A stretch of DNA of 63,563 nucleotides, filler included, from Octopus bimaculoides (Eukaryota), in NCBI RefSeq assembly GCF_001194135.2. It is 6 parts of 6 records of this genome, joined end to end, with 100 filler letters (N's around TTAATTAATTAA, not from the genome) between each part and the next. Parts side by side here need not be neighbours in the genome. Positions count along the whole stretch, not along the records: positions 1 to 27,518 come from NC_068982.1; 5 more parts are not named here. One strand, written 5' to 3'. Of the stretch, positions 13,154 through 26,258 are shown piece by piece. Position numbers and translations under genes: made by a program. The notes beneath the pieces are model-generated. The model searched no databases and was not told the DNA's origin. It saw nothing but the letters and a program-made list of their open reading frames with translations. Position 1 is the first letter of the stretch. The number at the start of each line of letters is the position of its first letter.

Positions 13154-14005
13154 NNNNNNNNNNNNNNNNNNNNNNNNNNNNNNNNNNNNNNNNNNNNNNN
13201 NNNNNNNNNNNNNNNNNNNNNNNNNNNNNNNNNNNNNNNNNNNNNNNNNNNNNNNNNNNNNNNNNNNNNNNNNNNNNNNNNNNNNNNNNNNNNNNNNNNN
13301 NNNNNNNNNNNNNNNNNNNNNNNNNNNNNNNNNNNNNNNNNNNNNNNNNNNNNNNNNNNNNNNNNNNNNNNNNNNNNNNNNNNNNNNNNNNNNNNNNNNN
13401 NNNNNNNNNNNNNNNNNNNNNNNNNNNNNNNNNNNNNNNNNNNNNNNNNNNNNNNNNNNNNNNNNNNNNNNNNNNNNNNNNNNNNNNNNNNNNNNNNNNN
13501 NNNNNNNNNNNNNNNNNNNNNNNNNNNNNNNNNNNNNNNNNNNNNNNNNNNNNNNNNNNNNNNNNNNNNNNNNNNNNNNNNNNNNNNNNNNNNNNNNNNN
13601 NNNNNNNNNNNNNNNNNNNNNNNNNNNNNNNNTATATATATATATATATATATGATACACAAGTGTATATATAATATATAAAGGTTTACATGCGTAATGT
13701 GGACGATACGATTCATTTAAGTGCTTCAGAACACTTGTCTTCATTATATAGTATTTAAGCTGACAACATAAATCTGAGGAGAAGCAGCACATATAACGTA
13801 TACGTTTTATAAAAATATATGAGTGCGCTCTTGGTAAGGGAGGTTTGCCACGACTAGGACTGCTAAAACTAATGCTGTTTCTGATACTAATACTAATTTT
13901 ACCATCAGCATCACCGTACCACCACCATTACAAGTAATAATATCTCTTTCTACGACACTGTAGTAACTATAGGTACAAGACCTGAAATTTCTGGTGAGGA
14001 GAGGA

Positions 14006-14140
14006 TCCAAGTACACAAGCGGTACTTAATTTATCGAACTTGAAAGGATGAAAGGCAAAGTCGACCTCGGCGAAATTTACATTCAGAATGTAGTCATGCG
14101 CTAAATGCCGCCAAGCATTTAGTCCGGCATGCTAACGAGT
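14006..14140 (-). mobile_element. SINE family B, abutting the 3' end of the PLE
   Basis: GGTACTTAATTTATCGAAC..GAAAGGATGAAAGGCAAAGTCGACCTCGG is the reverse complement of the family B core. Confidence 0.85.
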
Positions 14141-16007
14141 TTGATGACCACATGTTGCCAGATGGTTACTAAGTGGTATTTGGCGGACTTCTGGGTTTTT
14201 AATCTGTTGTCGATGCACCCGTCAGCGTTCCGATAGTGCATTACCTGTCTGGCCAACGTACAGTTCTTCACAATTAGGGCAGTTGATGCAGTAGATTAGA
14301 TTTCTACTTTCGCAGTTCATGTTCGCATTGGTGAATATTTTCCCTGTTTTTGTGTTCATATATGGGCCGGTATGAATTGATCGGCATGTACCGCATCGGC
14401 TATCATTGCATTTGGATACAGTGAATGCTTGATTTGTGTTGCTGAGGTCAAACCTTGCCTTTGTTAATATCTTTTTCAAGTTTTTAGGTTGTCTCTTACT
14501 GAGAGTTATATTTTGATCTGTAATGATATTTCTCAATTCTTTACTTTGTGCAAGGATTGGTAAGTTCGCTTTGGCGATATTAAAGATGTTTTGGTGGCAT
14601 GGATTCTGTGGCACTATAAATGGAATGATCTTTTCCTGTTTGTCTCTTCTCTGTGGCGTCCTCAGTTGTTGTATGGGTATTTTCGAAGCCCGCTGAATAC
14701 CATTTTCTATGAGTCGTGATGGGTACTTTTGCTTTAGCAGAAATTCTTTCAGTTCCATCAGGCGCTGATTTCTGGTCTCTATATCATCTACAATGGTATA
14801 TATTCACCTGGCTAGGCAGTATGGAATGTTGCGTTTTGTATGGGGTGGATGGCATGATTTAAAGTTCAAGTATTGGTGTGTGTCTGTGGGTTTGTAATAT
14901 ATATCTGTGGTAATGGCGGTGTCCCTTTTAACTACCGTTATATCTAGAAATGGTAATTTGCTACTGCTCATCTCCTTTGTAAATTGTATGGATGGGTGTA
15001 GGTTGTTCAGGAGGATGTTGAATTCTTCCACAGTGCGTTTAGGTTTGGTCCAGATTATAAAGCAATCGTCCAGGTATCTCTTCCATGCTTTTTCTATAAA
15101 CTTCCTAAATTCGGTGTTATATCTCTCTTCTATTTCCTGGTAGAGTTTTTGTTCCAAGTAACCCATCACCGAGTTCGCGTAAACTGGAGCAAACCTCGTT
15201 CCCATAGCCGTGCCTTTAATTTGGATATAGTTTTTTCCATTGAAGAAGAAAGTATTATTTTTCAGGATAAGTCTCACTGATTCTAATATAAATGTCACCG
15301 TGAATCTGTTGAGAATTGCTTCCCTGTGTTTGTCTACCCAGTATTCCACCGCCTTTATTCCTCAATCATGTGGGATATTTGTGTATAGGCTTACTACATC
15401 AAAGCTCAGTAGGATTGAATTTGTTTCAGTGGTTTTGGGAAGACGGGATAAAAAGTCGATGTCATCCCGAATGAAGCTTGGTATGTATGTACATAGTGGC
15501 TTTAAAAGAATGTCTATGAAATTGCTTAGACGGTGAGTAGGGCATACTGGGCCAGCTATAATGGGTCTAAGTTTTAAATCTTTTGGATGTAGCACTTTTA
15601 TGTATTCACTTCCTTGTTCTTTTACTGCCTGTTGAATATCTTCTGACTTATGTATTATGGGTATGCCGTAAAAGTTACTGGGTTTTGTTTCGAAGTTGGT
15701 GATGTAGTCTCTTTCGTTGTCAGTGAGTGAGTTGTAGTGTTTAGAAACTAGGTGATTGATCTTCTTCATGACGTGGTGGTCTATGTTCGAGGGTATTTCA
15801 CAATAGAAGGTTGTATCTTTTAGTTGTTCCTCAACTAAATCCTTGTAGTATTCCACATCCATGATGACGATTGCACCCCCTTTATCTGCTTGTTTAATTA
15901 TTATTGTTTCATCGTTTTGTATGCGTTTAAGTGCAGATATCTCTGATTTGTTAATGTTCGGCCTAATTTTGGTATTTTGTTTTAGGGGGAAGTTTGATAG
16001 GGTGTCG
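14141..16007 (-). mobile_element. Penelope-like retroelement (Neptune-like): RT + Cys-rich linker + GIY-YIG endonuclease; 5'-truncated, three in-frame TGA
   Basis: One frame of ~622 codons: KQADKGGAIVIMD, LRPIIAG, FDVVSLYTNIPH, KGTAMGTRFAP, RYLDDCFIIW, LPFLDI, HPPHTKRNIPY, the linker KCNDSRCGTC, and NLIYCINCPNCEELYVGQT..R*RVH. Stops at 15362, 14804 and 14222. The 5' end joins (TA)n at 16008. The Neptune assignment rests on the Cys linker. Confidence 0.93.
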
Positions 16008-17084
16008 ATATATATATATATATATATATACATTTTTTTTGTTTCTAGAATTTTACCGTCTTAATCCATCTATCTCATATGTTTCCTTATCTAAAAAAAA
16101 AAGCAAACTGAGAAAATATATAAATCTACTGTGGGTGCAACATTTTAAGGTAGAACCCGTAGTATAAATTATGAGAAAAATCTCGTAAAACTAAAACAAT
16201 AAAAAAAAATGTGTATAAAATTATTCATTGCATTCAGGATTTACTTTGCAAAGTCTTCCGTTTTCTACTCAGCACGTTTTCTTCAAAGATTTAATTCGCA
16301 TAATGCCACTTTAATGAACAACATATAGATTGAATTCTTTGCATCATCATGCTGTTCTGCTCTCGTTAATATTTCAATTCTCCGAGCTGAAATTTATTGC
16401 AGTAAACTATAATTGGAAGCATTAAATGCATGCATGTATATTGCTGTTTAACAAGCCTTCGTTTCGTCGATGTTTTCTTTCGACTCTCTTAAGGGACCAA
16501 TTAAAATTCGAACTAACAGCTTGTATAAGCAGTGTAATAAGTATTTGTACATCCACACACACATACATACACCAACCAACGCACACGCATGGAGACAGGA
16601 AAAAACACACATGTACATGCATTAATGATATCAAGTAAGTTAGATGGCGGTGATATTACTTTCAACATAAATATATATAATATAAAGTTACTTTCATAAT
16701 AATACATAACATAGTATAATAATCTAGGAAAGGAATAAATGTCTGGATGGCGAACCATATTATTATTATAATTTATATATTGTCTGCCTCTAATGGAAAA
16801 TACAACATTGTAGAAATGATATTATTTCACTAAGGCCACAGTTAAATCTCGTCGTGTTTCATTCTGATTTGCCTGAAGCAGGTAATCTTTAGGATATTCA
16901 AGAGTCCCCTTGGTTAAAATGTTCGTGATGAAGCCAATATAAATTTTCAGCAAAAAGGAAAAGATAAAATGGTATTTAATTCTAAAATATTGAGCAAATG
17001 TTTAAAAGCACAATGAAGGATGTCAAAATGGACGCTTTACATGTAGAAAGATGCAGATGCAGGAAAATTGATAACGCATTAGTA

Positions 17085-17552
17085 ACCATAGTGATGATGA
17101 TGATGATAATGACGATGACAATGATGATGATGATGATGGATGATGTTGGTGGTGATGATGGCGATCGCGATGGCGACGACGACGAAGATGGTGACAACAA
17201 CAATGATGATGATGATGATTATGATTACGCTTGTCAGAGTGGACGGGGTGTGTTACTACTCATCTCTTATTGATATACCCAAAATGATAACAGATATCAT
17301 GCTGGCAAAGAAAATTAGAATTCCATTATTCGAAATTTAATGAAGCCATCCGACAGCCTTTTCGGTTTAAACAATCAACGTCTTCGTCATTGTCGTCGTC
17401 ATCGTCGTCGTCGTCATCGTCTTCCTCCTCTTCTCCCTCCCCACCATGCCATCCACCTATTCCTCCTCCACCTCTACCTCCTTCTCCTTCACAGCCACCT
17501 CGTCCTCCTTTTCCACGCTCTTCTCCTAAACATCATCATCATCATCGTCGTT

Positions 17553-17603
<51 letters not shown>

Positions 17604-17630
17604 GTCGTCGTCGTCGCCATCATCAATGTC
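17085..17630. repeat. Imperfect (ATG)n and (CAT)n/(CCT)n trinucleotide tracts
   Basis: Direct inspection; these tracts produce the poly-M/D/H/I/S ORFs. Confidence 0.9.
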
Positions 17631-17938
17631 ATAAACGAATTCGTTTGAGCGGAATTCATGTCACCCTTACGCATTTAGCATCCCCACGAGTAAACATTGC
17701 AAATTTTCTACAAACTTTATAACGAAGAGGAATCTGTTAGATCTGAACCAGTAGAAATATATGTAACTGAGTCATCCAAAAGATGGTACATTATTTCACA
17801 CTTCATTTAAAATGGGAATATTTTATGCATAATTTTTTGTTTTCTTTTTGCATTATTGAATAGTATGTAGACAGGCATAGAGAAATACATTGAGATTCAT
17901 TTGCAGGTAGAGCAGCTTTAATACATAGATTTGGCTAA

Positions 17939-18640
17939 GGCGGCAAGCGGGCGAAATACTTAGCGGTATTTCGTTTGTCTTTACGTTCTGAGTTCAAACT
18001 CCGCCGAAGTCGGCTTTGCCTTTCATCCTTTCGGGATCGATAAATTAATTACGAGTTGCGCATTGGTTTTGACCTAAGGCGGCGAGCTGGCAGAATCATT
18101 AGCACGCCGAGCGAAATGCTTAACGATATTTCGTCTGGCGCTACATTCTGAGTTCAAATTCCGCCGAGGTCGACTTTGCATTTCATCCTTTCGGGGTCGA
18201 ATAAAGAAGTACCAGTTTCGCAGTGGGTCGATATATTTGTTCTCTTTGTGTGTATCCCCGTGTGGGTAGTAAAGAATTAAGAAACGTTAGCACGCCGGGC
18301 GAAGTGCTTAGCGGTATTCCGTCTGTTTTTACGTTCTGAGTTCAAATTCCGCCGAGGTCGACTTTGCCTTTCATCCTTTCGAGGTCGATGAATTAAGTAC
18401 CAGTTGCGTATTCGATTCGATCTAAGGCGGCGAGCTGGCAGAACTGTTAACACACCGGGCGACATGCTTCCCGGTATTTCGTGTGTCTTTACGTTTTGAG
18501 TTCAAATTCCGCCCAAGTCGACTTAGACTTTCATCTTTTCGGGGTCGATAAATTAAGTACCAGTTGCGTACTGGGGTCGATCTAATCGACTGAGCCCCTC
18601 TCCAAAGATTCGGGGCCTTATTCCTTAAGTAGTAAAGAAT
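17939..18640 (+). mobile_element. Tandem array of four SINE family B copies (starts 17939, 18078, ~18280, 18426)
   Basis: Repeated GGCGGCGAGCTGGCAGAA head, GAGTTCAAATTCC B-box and GTCGACTTTGCCTTTCATCCTTTCGGGGTCGATAAATTAAGTACCAG core. Confidence 0.92.
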
Positions 18641-19815
18641 ATATACATGTTGCTTGCTATGAAATATACCCATATCAACATTATACTTTTCGTAATTCGG
18701 ACAAGATGGTGAAATACATAAGTTTATTACATTGTGTATTTAGAATTCCTGAAATGTTTTTTAATGAAAATTTAAATAAATCGAATCATAAGTTGAAATA
18801 AATGTAGGTGTTTCTTTAATGTTTGCATATGAACGCATAACGAAATGCTCTAGTGTCTCAGATATTCTTTCGTTGAGCGTATTCTTCAGCTTGGCTGCCA
18901 AATAGAAACAAAACAAAAAAAAAGGAAAACATACTTGTATTTCAAGGAAGTTAAGTTCAAAAGGAGGAGCAGAAATGAAAGAGATTCGTGCTGTGAAATG
19001 TGAAATAATATAAAATATAAAAATAATTACAAGATAACAAAAGGATAACAAAAGAATTTCTAATTTAGGCACGTAGTCAGAAATTGTGATGGGTGTCAGT
19101 CAGCTGTTAGCATCGACTCCAGGATTTGAGCAATGTGAGAATTGATTTACTCGTATGAAGTCGTTGAGGATTACATCGGCCAGTAATTTATCCCATTCGA
19201 ATGAAATATCTACTGAATACGGGGTTATAAACATACAATCTACACGACCATGGACATCATTAGAAATCTAATGTGTATTTTTGTCCAGTTACAGCAGGAA
19301 ATATGTTTTCGTCTTCAGTACAATTAACAAAACTATTTCTATGCCCATTACTCTAAAATAAAAATATAAACTTTTTATATATATTATTAACCAATTATTC
19401 TATATATATCAACACTTATACTGGTGTGTCTATCAAAACACTGGATAACTTTATTCTATAGGTGATTCGGAATTTATCGGAAGTTAGTACCCATGAGATT
19501 GGCGTAACGATAATGTGACATTGTATCAGAAACAGCCCTTCTAAAAACAGTTGCTCAAGGTGGGAATGATTAATTAGGATTCGCCAAGATACATAAAAAG
19601 AGACCTCATGTTTTCACATGTCATATTTCATAGATTCTACATACATATCGTAGTCATTGCATGCATTATATGGACAATAATTCAGAAAAACAGAAATCAC
19701 ACAAACAAACCTTAGATCAGTTTTAGAATAAATGTGTAAGCTATTTAAATAAATAGTGAAAATATAACTAATAAAAACTATTAGAAATAATATTTCAAGA
19801 ATATTCTAAAACTCG

Positions 19816-20193
19816 AGGACTGGCTGTGTGGTAAGTAGCTTGCCTACCAACCTCATGGTTCTGGTTTCATTCCCACTGCGTGGTACCTTGGGCAAGTGTC
19901 TTCTACTGTAGCATCGGGCCGACCAAAGCCTTATGAGTGGATTTGGTAGGCGGAGACTGAAAGAAGCCCGTCTTAAATATATATGTGTGTGCGTGTGTTT
20001 GTATGTATGTGTGTATATATGTTTGTGTCTCTCTGTTTGTCCCTCAACATCGCTTGACAACCGATGCTGGTGTGTTTACCTCCCCGTAAGCTAGCGGTTC
20101 CTCATAAGAGACCGATAGAATAAGTACTAGGCTTACAAACTAAATGCGCAGCTCCAGTATGGTCGCAGTCAAATTACTGAAACAAGTAAAAGA
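19816..20193 (+). mobile_element. SINE family A, near full length
   Basis: TGGCTGTGTGGTAAGTAGCTTGC head through CTGAAACAAGTAAAAG tail. Confidence 0.9.
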
Positions 20194-21295
20194 TAAAAAG
20201 AAAAAGAAAATAATATAATCACAGAGGACCCCCGCACAACAGAAAAACTTTCAAAGACAAAAATATTATATGGTTAAAAAAAACAAAAACATTGAGTATT
20301 ATAAAATATTCATCAATTAGATGCAAATTATATGCAAATCACTACCGCTTTTCAAATATATATGAGCTTTATGAACTTAAGATTGATGTTTACAACTTGT
20401 TATGTTAAAACAAATCACATATGAATATTTAAGCATTTTTCTAAACCAAACAAATATCAAAATAGTATGGTAAATTCAAGGTGATAGCTCATATATTACT
20501 TGTAAATGGTAATTAATTTCTTTATTTATCGAAACTCTGTCTGTAGTGAAGATCAATTGATACATAGAATTGCATCAAGCACAGAAATATCCACATGAGA
20601 GAAGAGAAAGTGTCGAATATTGGTCAATTTCAGTCTCCCAATCAGGAATAGAATTTGATTTATCTACACTCGTCCAGAAAATGCGAAACATTTGTTTTAT
20701 TAACGTCATATAAAAGAGAACAGCATTATAAACAACAATATATAGTTTTCAATAAAATTGATTCAATAGAAATAGCATTGCTTTCCTTAAAAAAAATAAC
20801 ACCTTTGTAAACCAGGAAGCAGTGAAATTTTACCAACAGAAATGTAGAGTTAAAGAGAGCTAACATTTTAAAATTAATTATGAATGATATAAACACACAA
20901 CATATGGATTATGTCGAGATTATATGAGAAATTCCCGGTGAAAATGTAATTTTGAGAAAAAAAACCTGCTTTATTTATACTTTTCTTATACTGAACATGA
21001 ATTAGAAAAAAATGGATCTAGAATATCCAAACATTACGAGACTGGTTATTTATATGAAGCATCACACATGACTCATGCAGGGAAAATGATCAAAATATTT
21101 AATTAGAACATGTATGTGTAACTAACGCAAAGCTAGGACATTATAATATGATTTACACATAATTCTCCATTTAAAACCTACCAGTTTTGTGGATATACAG
21201 CGTAGAATAGACTAGAGGTAAAATGTGTATAGTAACCATTTAATATATTTCTGTTGAATCCTGATACTATTTTATATCAATTTAATCTCACTTGA

Positions 21296-21297
<2 letters not shown>

Positions 21298-21351
<54 letters not shown>
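21298..21351. repeat. (TG)n microsatellite
   Basis: Perfect dinucleotide run. Confidence 0.95.
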
Positions 21352-21352
<1 letters not shown>

Positions 21353-21621
21353 AAACACTATATCCTGTTGTGTACTCATGTCCACCTAGCATATAATAAT
21401 TCCTACTGTGCATTCAGAACAGCGTGTAGTCGAGTGATAGCATATCTGTTCATATTTGATACATTCTGGTAGTTACAAATATGAATATCTGATCACTGAT
21501 GTTTTACGTTACCGGAGAACATCTCTCTTTAAGTATATATTATTATATATACAGTACCGTTGCAAAAAGAATTTTTAAAAAATACATACAGTTTAATATT
21601 CTTTAATTGTTATTTATAATA

Positions 21622-22082
21622 TAAGGGTGAGTCAAAAACTAATGCCATTTTTTTAGGACAGGTATAATTCCCAACGCAGGAACATATCATGCATCAACAC
21701 AAAATGAAACTGGTCCTCTGTAGATCACATCCCTACTTCTCAACATAGTCCCCGTTTCTCTCAATAGCAATATTCCACCTTTGAATGAGAGCATGCATCC
21801 CTACTCCATAAAATTCTGTTGACTGTTCTTTGAGCCACTTCTTCACTACAAAGTCAAAGAGACAACACCTTCTTTCGAAGGCACGTAACAGGTGATGAGA
21901 CATGTTTATCATTATGAACCGGAATCAAAGAGGCAGTCAATGGTATGGTGTCACTCTATGTCACCACCACCACAAAAGTTTAAGACGCAAAAGTCAGCTG
22001 GAAAAGTCATGGCGACTGTCTTTTGGGATGCTCAAGGTGTCATTCTGGTCGATTTCTTGCCAAACGGAAAAACGATAAACTC
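21622..22082. mobile_element. mariner transposon relic with an internal inversion
   Basis: TIR-like TA|TAAGGGTGAGTCAAAA. 21622-21880 encodes the C-terminus on minus (VKKWLKEQSTEFYGVGMHALIQRWNIAIERNGDYVEK*). 21885-22082 encodes the catalytic region on plus (VTGDET / YHYEPESKRQS / SAGKVMATVFWD). Confidence 0.85.
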
Positions 22083-24101
22083 ATAATAAGCTTCATTTTG
22101 ATGTATGATGCATATTCCTGCGTTGGTATTTGCGCCTGTCCTAAACAAAATGGCATTACGTTTTCACTCACCCTCGTTCCTTGCATTTTAATGATTACTT
22201 TTCAATGCGCCTTCTTACCGTTTACCTGAGATATTTCAATACTAAATGTGAGTAATCTAATCTCAGAATTATACTCCTCTTTCACATTTGCATTAAAATG
22301 ATATGCAGATGCAGTAATAAACAGTGGTATTAGCCTTTTTAAATAGATTATAATAAACAGGTTGACTCTTTGAGATGCAATAAGATAGATATGAAAGAAA
22401 TAGAACAAGGAATTATATTATTGCACGATGTTAGTAGAGAGGCTAACACAGAATTAACCGAGTGAACATGTAACAAATATGAAAGATCTTTCGCTTCATT
22501 GTGTAGACGGATTTTCAGGATATATACCTAAGAAATGCTTTTAATGAAAAAAGAAAAAAAACAGAGAAATCAAATTCAACGAATAGTTTCAGTGAGATTC
22601 TGAAAGAAAAAATAAAACAAAACAAATATGCGCAAGTCTCCGATATCTAAATGTTTAAAAGAAGTGTCAGCAAAAGACACCCAGGAATAATGAGCTGTAT
22701 GCGACCAGGCCCCTTTAATTTGAAAAAGGTTAAGGGCTTATACACTTTCCTGAGCATGTTTCTTGTCTGAGAACCTCCTGTTGTTCAGTTCCCTTAAGAG
22801 TTTCTTGTCACTACAATGCAATATGTTCTACACTCAAACCAATCTGGCAATCTACTGCTCTTTTTACGTCATTTTTTAAATTCGAAAATATCTAATTTCC
22901 TCTTTCCATTCCTACACAAAACCAAATACATATTAATGCAGAAATGAGTTACAAGTTATATTTCATTAAGCCTTCATTGAAACATTTATGAAATACTGGA
23001 AGATATAGCGATATGATGTAAAAACACTATCACATGTGCCATCCCTCAGTAGGATAGGTATTACAGCCGCTTCGTTAACAGATAGTGCGATGCTGCTAAA
23101 TTTAATGGAAGATAATTTGATAGTATAATTTGCATATATAATATGCATAGTCCACGCAATATTCTTCATTATGAACATTGTTCTTCATACCAAAAAAATT
23201 CTCTTACAATAGGGAACTGAAATGACGACAGGTTATGTTGTTAAATATGGTAATGACCATGCTGAAAATGCCGATAATAATTTTTACTGCTGATTATGAT
23301 AATGATAGTGTTGACTGTTATAATAATGAAATAATGAACATGATGATTATGCAAATGAAGCTAGTAACGTGGGTGAATGATAATAATTATAAAGATAATA
23401 ATGAAACTAACACGTTAATAATAACATAACCCACAATATCTGTTAAAAATATTTTACTGCATTTTTTTTTCATATTTTAATGGAAAAAATTACGAAGTCC
23501 TTGAAAAAATAAATATTACATATGAACGAAATGCACTTAATAACCTTTCTACAAAATCCCAAACTCAATCTCTGGCGTTTAGAACAAATGGAATTAATTA
23601 TGGATCCAATAATACATGGATTTAATCCAAAGGTATATTGTTTTTATTAGCTATATAATAACTGAGGAATATCCTGAGCAGAGAATACAATACGAACAAA
23701 AATGTATAATGTTTGATAGAATTAAAAATGATGATGATCAACAGGATAATTTTTTGATGAAACGGCAGATGCATGTGCCGTATCACTAATTTTATAATTC
23801 AGCAAAAATGATCGGTAATATTCTCCAAAATTCTATAGAGAGATTATGTTGAATTATGCAACTCATTGGTGCTGTTAAAATGCTGAAAATAAAAATGTAT
23901 GATAACGGATGAATGCCTTGCAACAGGGAAAGTTGCCTTTCATTTCTGTTGACGTACATATTCCAAAATTCATCACTCACAATTCCTCTCTCACAATCAC
24001 GCAATGTCCTTCTCTTTCTCTTTTTTCACTCTCTGTTTTTGTATATGCAAAGACACGTGAATACACAAACACACACAAACACGCACACACACATATACAA
24101 G

Positions 24102-24142
<41 letters not shown>

Positions 24143-24148
24143 ATAGAC

Positions 24149-24180
<32 letters not shown>
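24102..24180. repeat. (GATA)n microsatellite
   Basis: Direct inspection. Confidence 0.95.
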
Positions 24181-24182
<2 letters not shown>

Positions 24183-24308
24183 GTACACAGAGAGAGGCAG
24201 AGAGACGGACAGAGGGACAACGATAGAGAAGGAGATTTGCATTAATATTTTTTATATATTTATATTGTCCATTTCTGCCAGTAGAGGCCCAGGCCGTGTC
24301 TAACTCAA

Positions 24309-24324
24309 TAGCGCCACCTGGTGA
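24309..24324 (-). promoter_or_regulatory. CTCF-like motif
   Basis: Minus strand reads TCACCAGGTGGCGCTA, close to the bilaterian CTCF core CCACCAGGTGGCGC. Motif match only. Confidence 0.35.
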
Positions 24325-24479
24325 AGTCTTTTAGTCATATATGGGGCAGTATAGCCCACTTTAAAAAAGAGTTATTGTTGTTGGGGACATATCCGGGTGC
24401 AGGAGGCTGGTCCCGGATTTTTTTTAAGAAATTTGTCCTGTTTAACATTTGAAAATACATATGTGCGTGTTTGTGTATA

Positions 24480-24614
24480 TGTGTGTTTATATCCTCGTAA
24501 TTTAGTGGTTCGGCAATAGGAATAGATAAAATAAGTTCTAGGCTGTCAAAGAATAAGTTCTGACGATGATTTGTTCGACTAAAACCCTTTAAGACGGTGC
24601 TTCACCATGGCCGA
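24480..24614 (+). mobile_element. SINE family A 3' fragment
   Basis: GTGGTTCGGCAA..GAATAAG..GATTTGTTCGACTAAAACCCTTTAAGACGGTGC. Confidence 0.7.
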
Positions 24615-25059
24615 ATAAAAAATTAAGGTATATAGAAGTCGAAGACGAAATGAACAAACATCACTTTGAAATATAGTTTTATTTAGCCAATCATGTATAT
24701 ATATGAACGGGAAATAAACGACTTTCTACCGACAAAGTGTCTTAAGCATAAGTGGATGTAACACGTCAGAATCGGAAATAATTTAGGAAAGAGATTGGAA
24801 TGTATCTATTCAGATTACATATATTACAGACAGAAACATTAGGAAAAATGTAGTGTTTATGGAATTTCATACATAGAAGAATTGTCTGTATTATTTCCGA
24901 TGATTACAACGACCACCTCTCAAAGTAGTATTTGAAGATGCAGACAAACTTATTATGTGACATATGTTATCATAACAAAACTGACGCAAGGTTTTAGGGT
25001 GCCCTCTAAATATTTAGCGCTCTCACAAATATATTATATCTTTATAGGTATATAACTAC

Positions 25060-25060
<1 letters not shown>

Positions 25061-25129
<69 letters not shown>
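25061..25129. repeat. (TCTA)n microsatellite running into a gap
   Basis: Direct inspection. Confidence 0.95.
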
Positions 25130-25351
25130 NNNNNNNNNNNNNNNNNNNNNNNNNNNNNNNNNNNNNNNNNNNNNNNNNNNNNNNNNNNNNNNNNNNNNNN
25201 NNNNNNNNNNNNNNNNNNNNNNNNNNNNNNNNNNNNNNNNNNNNNNNNNNNNNNNNNNNNNNNNNNNNNNNNNNNNNNNNNNNNNNNNNNNNNNNNNNNN
25301 NNNNNNNNNNNNNNNNNNNNNNNNNNNNNNNNNNNNNNNNNNNNNNNNNNN

Positions 25352-25385
<34 letters not shown>

Positions 25386-25411
25386 AAAAGTGTTCTCTTC
25401 TTTGGTGTCAC

Positions 25412-25875
25412 TTCTCACGAATGAATCTTTTATCGACGGAATAGTGAGTGGTGAGGAGAAATAGGTACTCTATAAAAATGTCAAATGCCGAAGACAGTTG
25501 GTATGGAAAGGAGAAACACCGGCACCCCAGGCTAAAGAAGGTATTTACCCACGTAAGGTGTTGTTGTCTATTTGGTTGGATAGGAAATGTTTAATCCACT
25601 TTGAACTTTTATACCTAAACACAACCATAAAAAAGGAGACATACGGCGTGTAGCATGAGCGGCTGAAGTCAGCGCATGAAGGAAAACTGATCATGTTTGG
25701 TGTCAAAATGAAAGGTGTTCGCCCATCAGGATAATGCTCGGCTACATACAGCGAAGATAGCACCCCAAAGGCCCAAGCAGTTTGAATGAGAAACGATGCC
25801 ACACCCGTCATATTGGCCGGACATTGTCCCATCTGATTATCAGTTATTCAGCATTCTTCAAAATCCTTTGGACTG
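25412..25875 (+). mobile_element. mariner transposase relic (DDD catalytic domain)
   Basis: Translation gives IVSGEEK*VLYKN, RKVLLSIW, HQDNARLHTA and HPSYWPDIVPSDYQLF, matching mariner DEKW / HDNARPH / HPPYSPDLAPSDY motifs; stops and frameshifts present. Confidence 0.85.
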
Positions 25876-26198
25876 ATGGCCCTCCATGTTTGTTATCATT
25901 CGGTTTCTTTGTAAGTCTCAACTGTCCTGTTTTGTTCCAAAATTTGACCTTCAATAAATCCAAAATTTTCTTTTGAATTTGTGGGAACAACTGTCTTTGA
26001 GAGCTCAAAATGAGGAGTAGATAGACAGCCGACAGCTGATGAAGGGCCGTTCTCTGTGCCCCCCCTCTTTGCTTGTCCTGTTTTCCATTTTTTCGCTCAT
26101 TGTTTCTGTATTTAACTTGTTTGATTTTGTACTTAATGCTGTTTACAGAATTGGTAACATCGTGTGCTTATATATGCGTATATATATTCACACACGTA

Positions 26199-26258
<60 letters not shown>

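Noticed and set aside
17694-17785. Protein-like frame FYKLYNEEESVRSEPVEIYVTESSKR ending near a GT
   Set aside because: The available upstream acceptors place a stop in frame, and there is no recognisable family.
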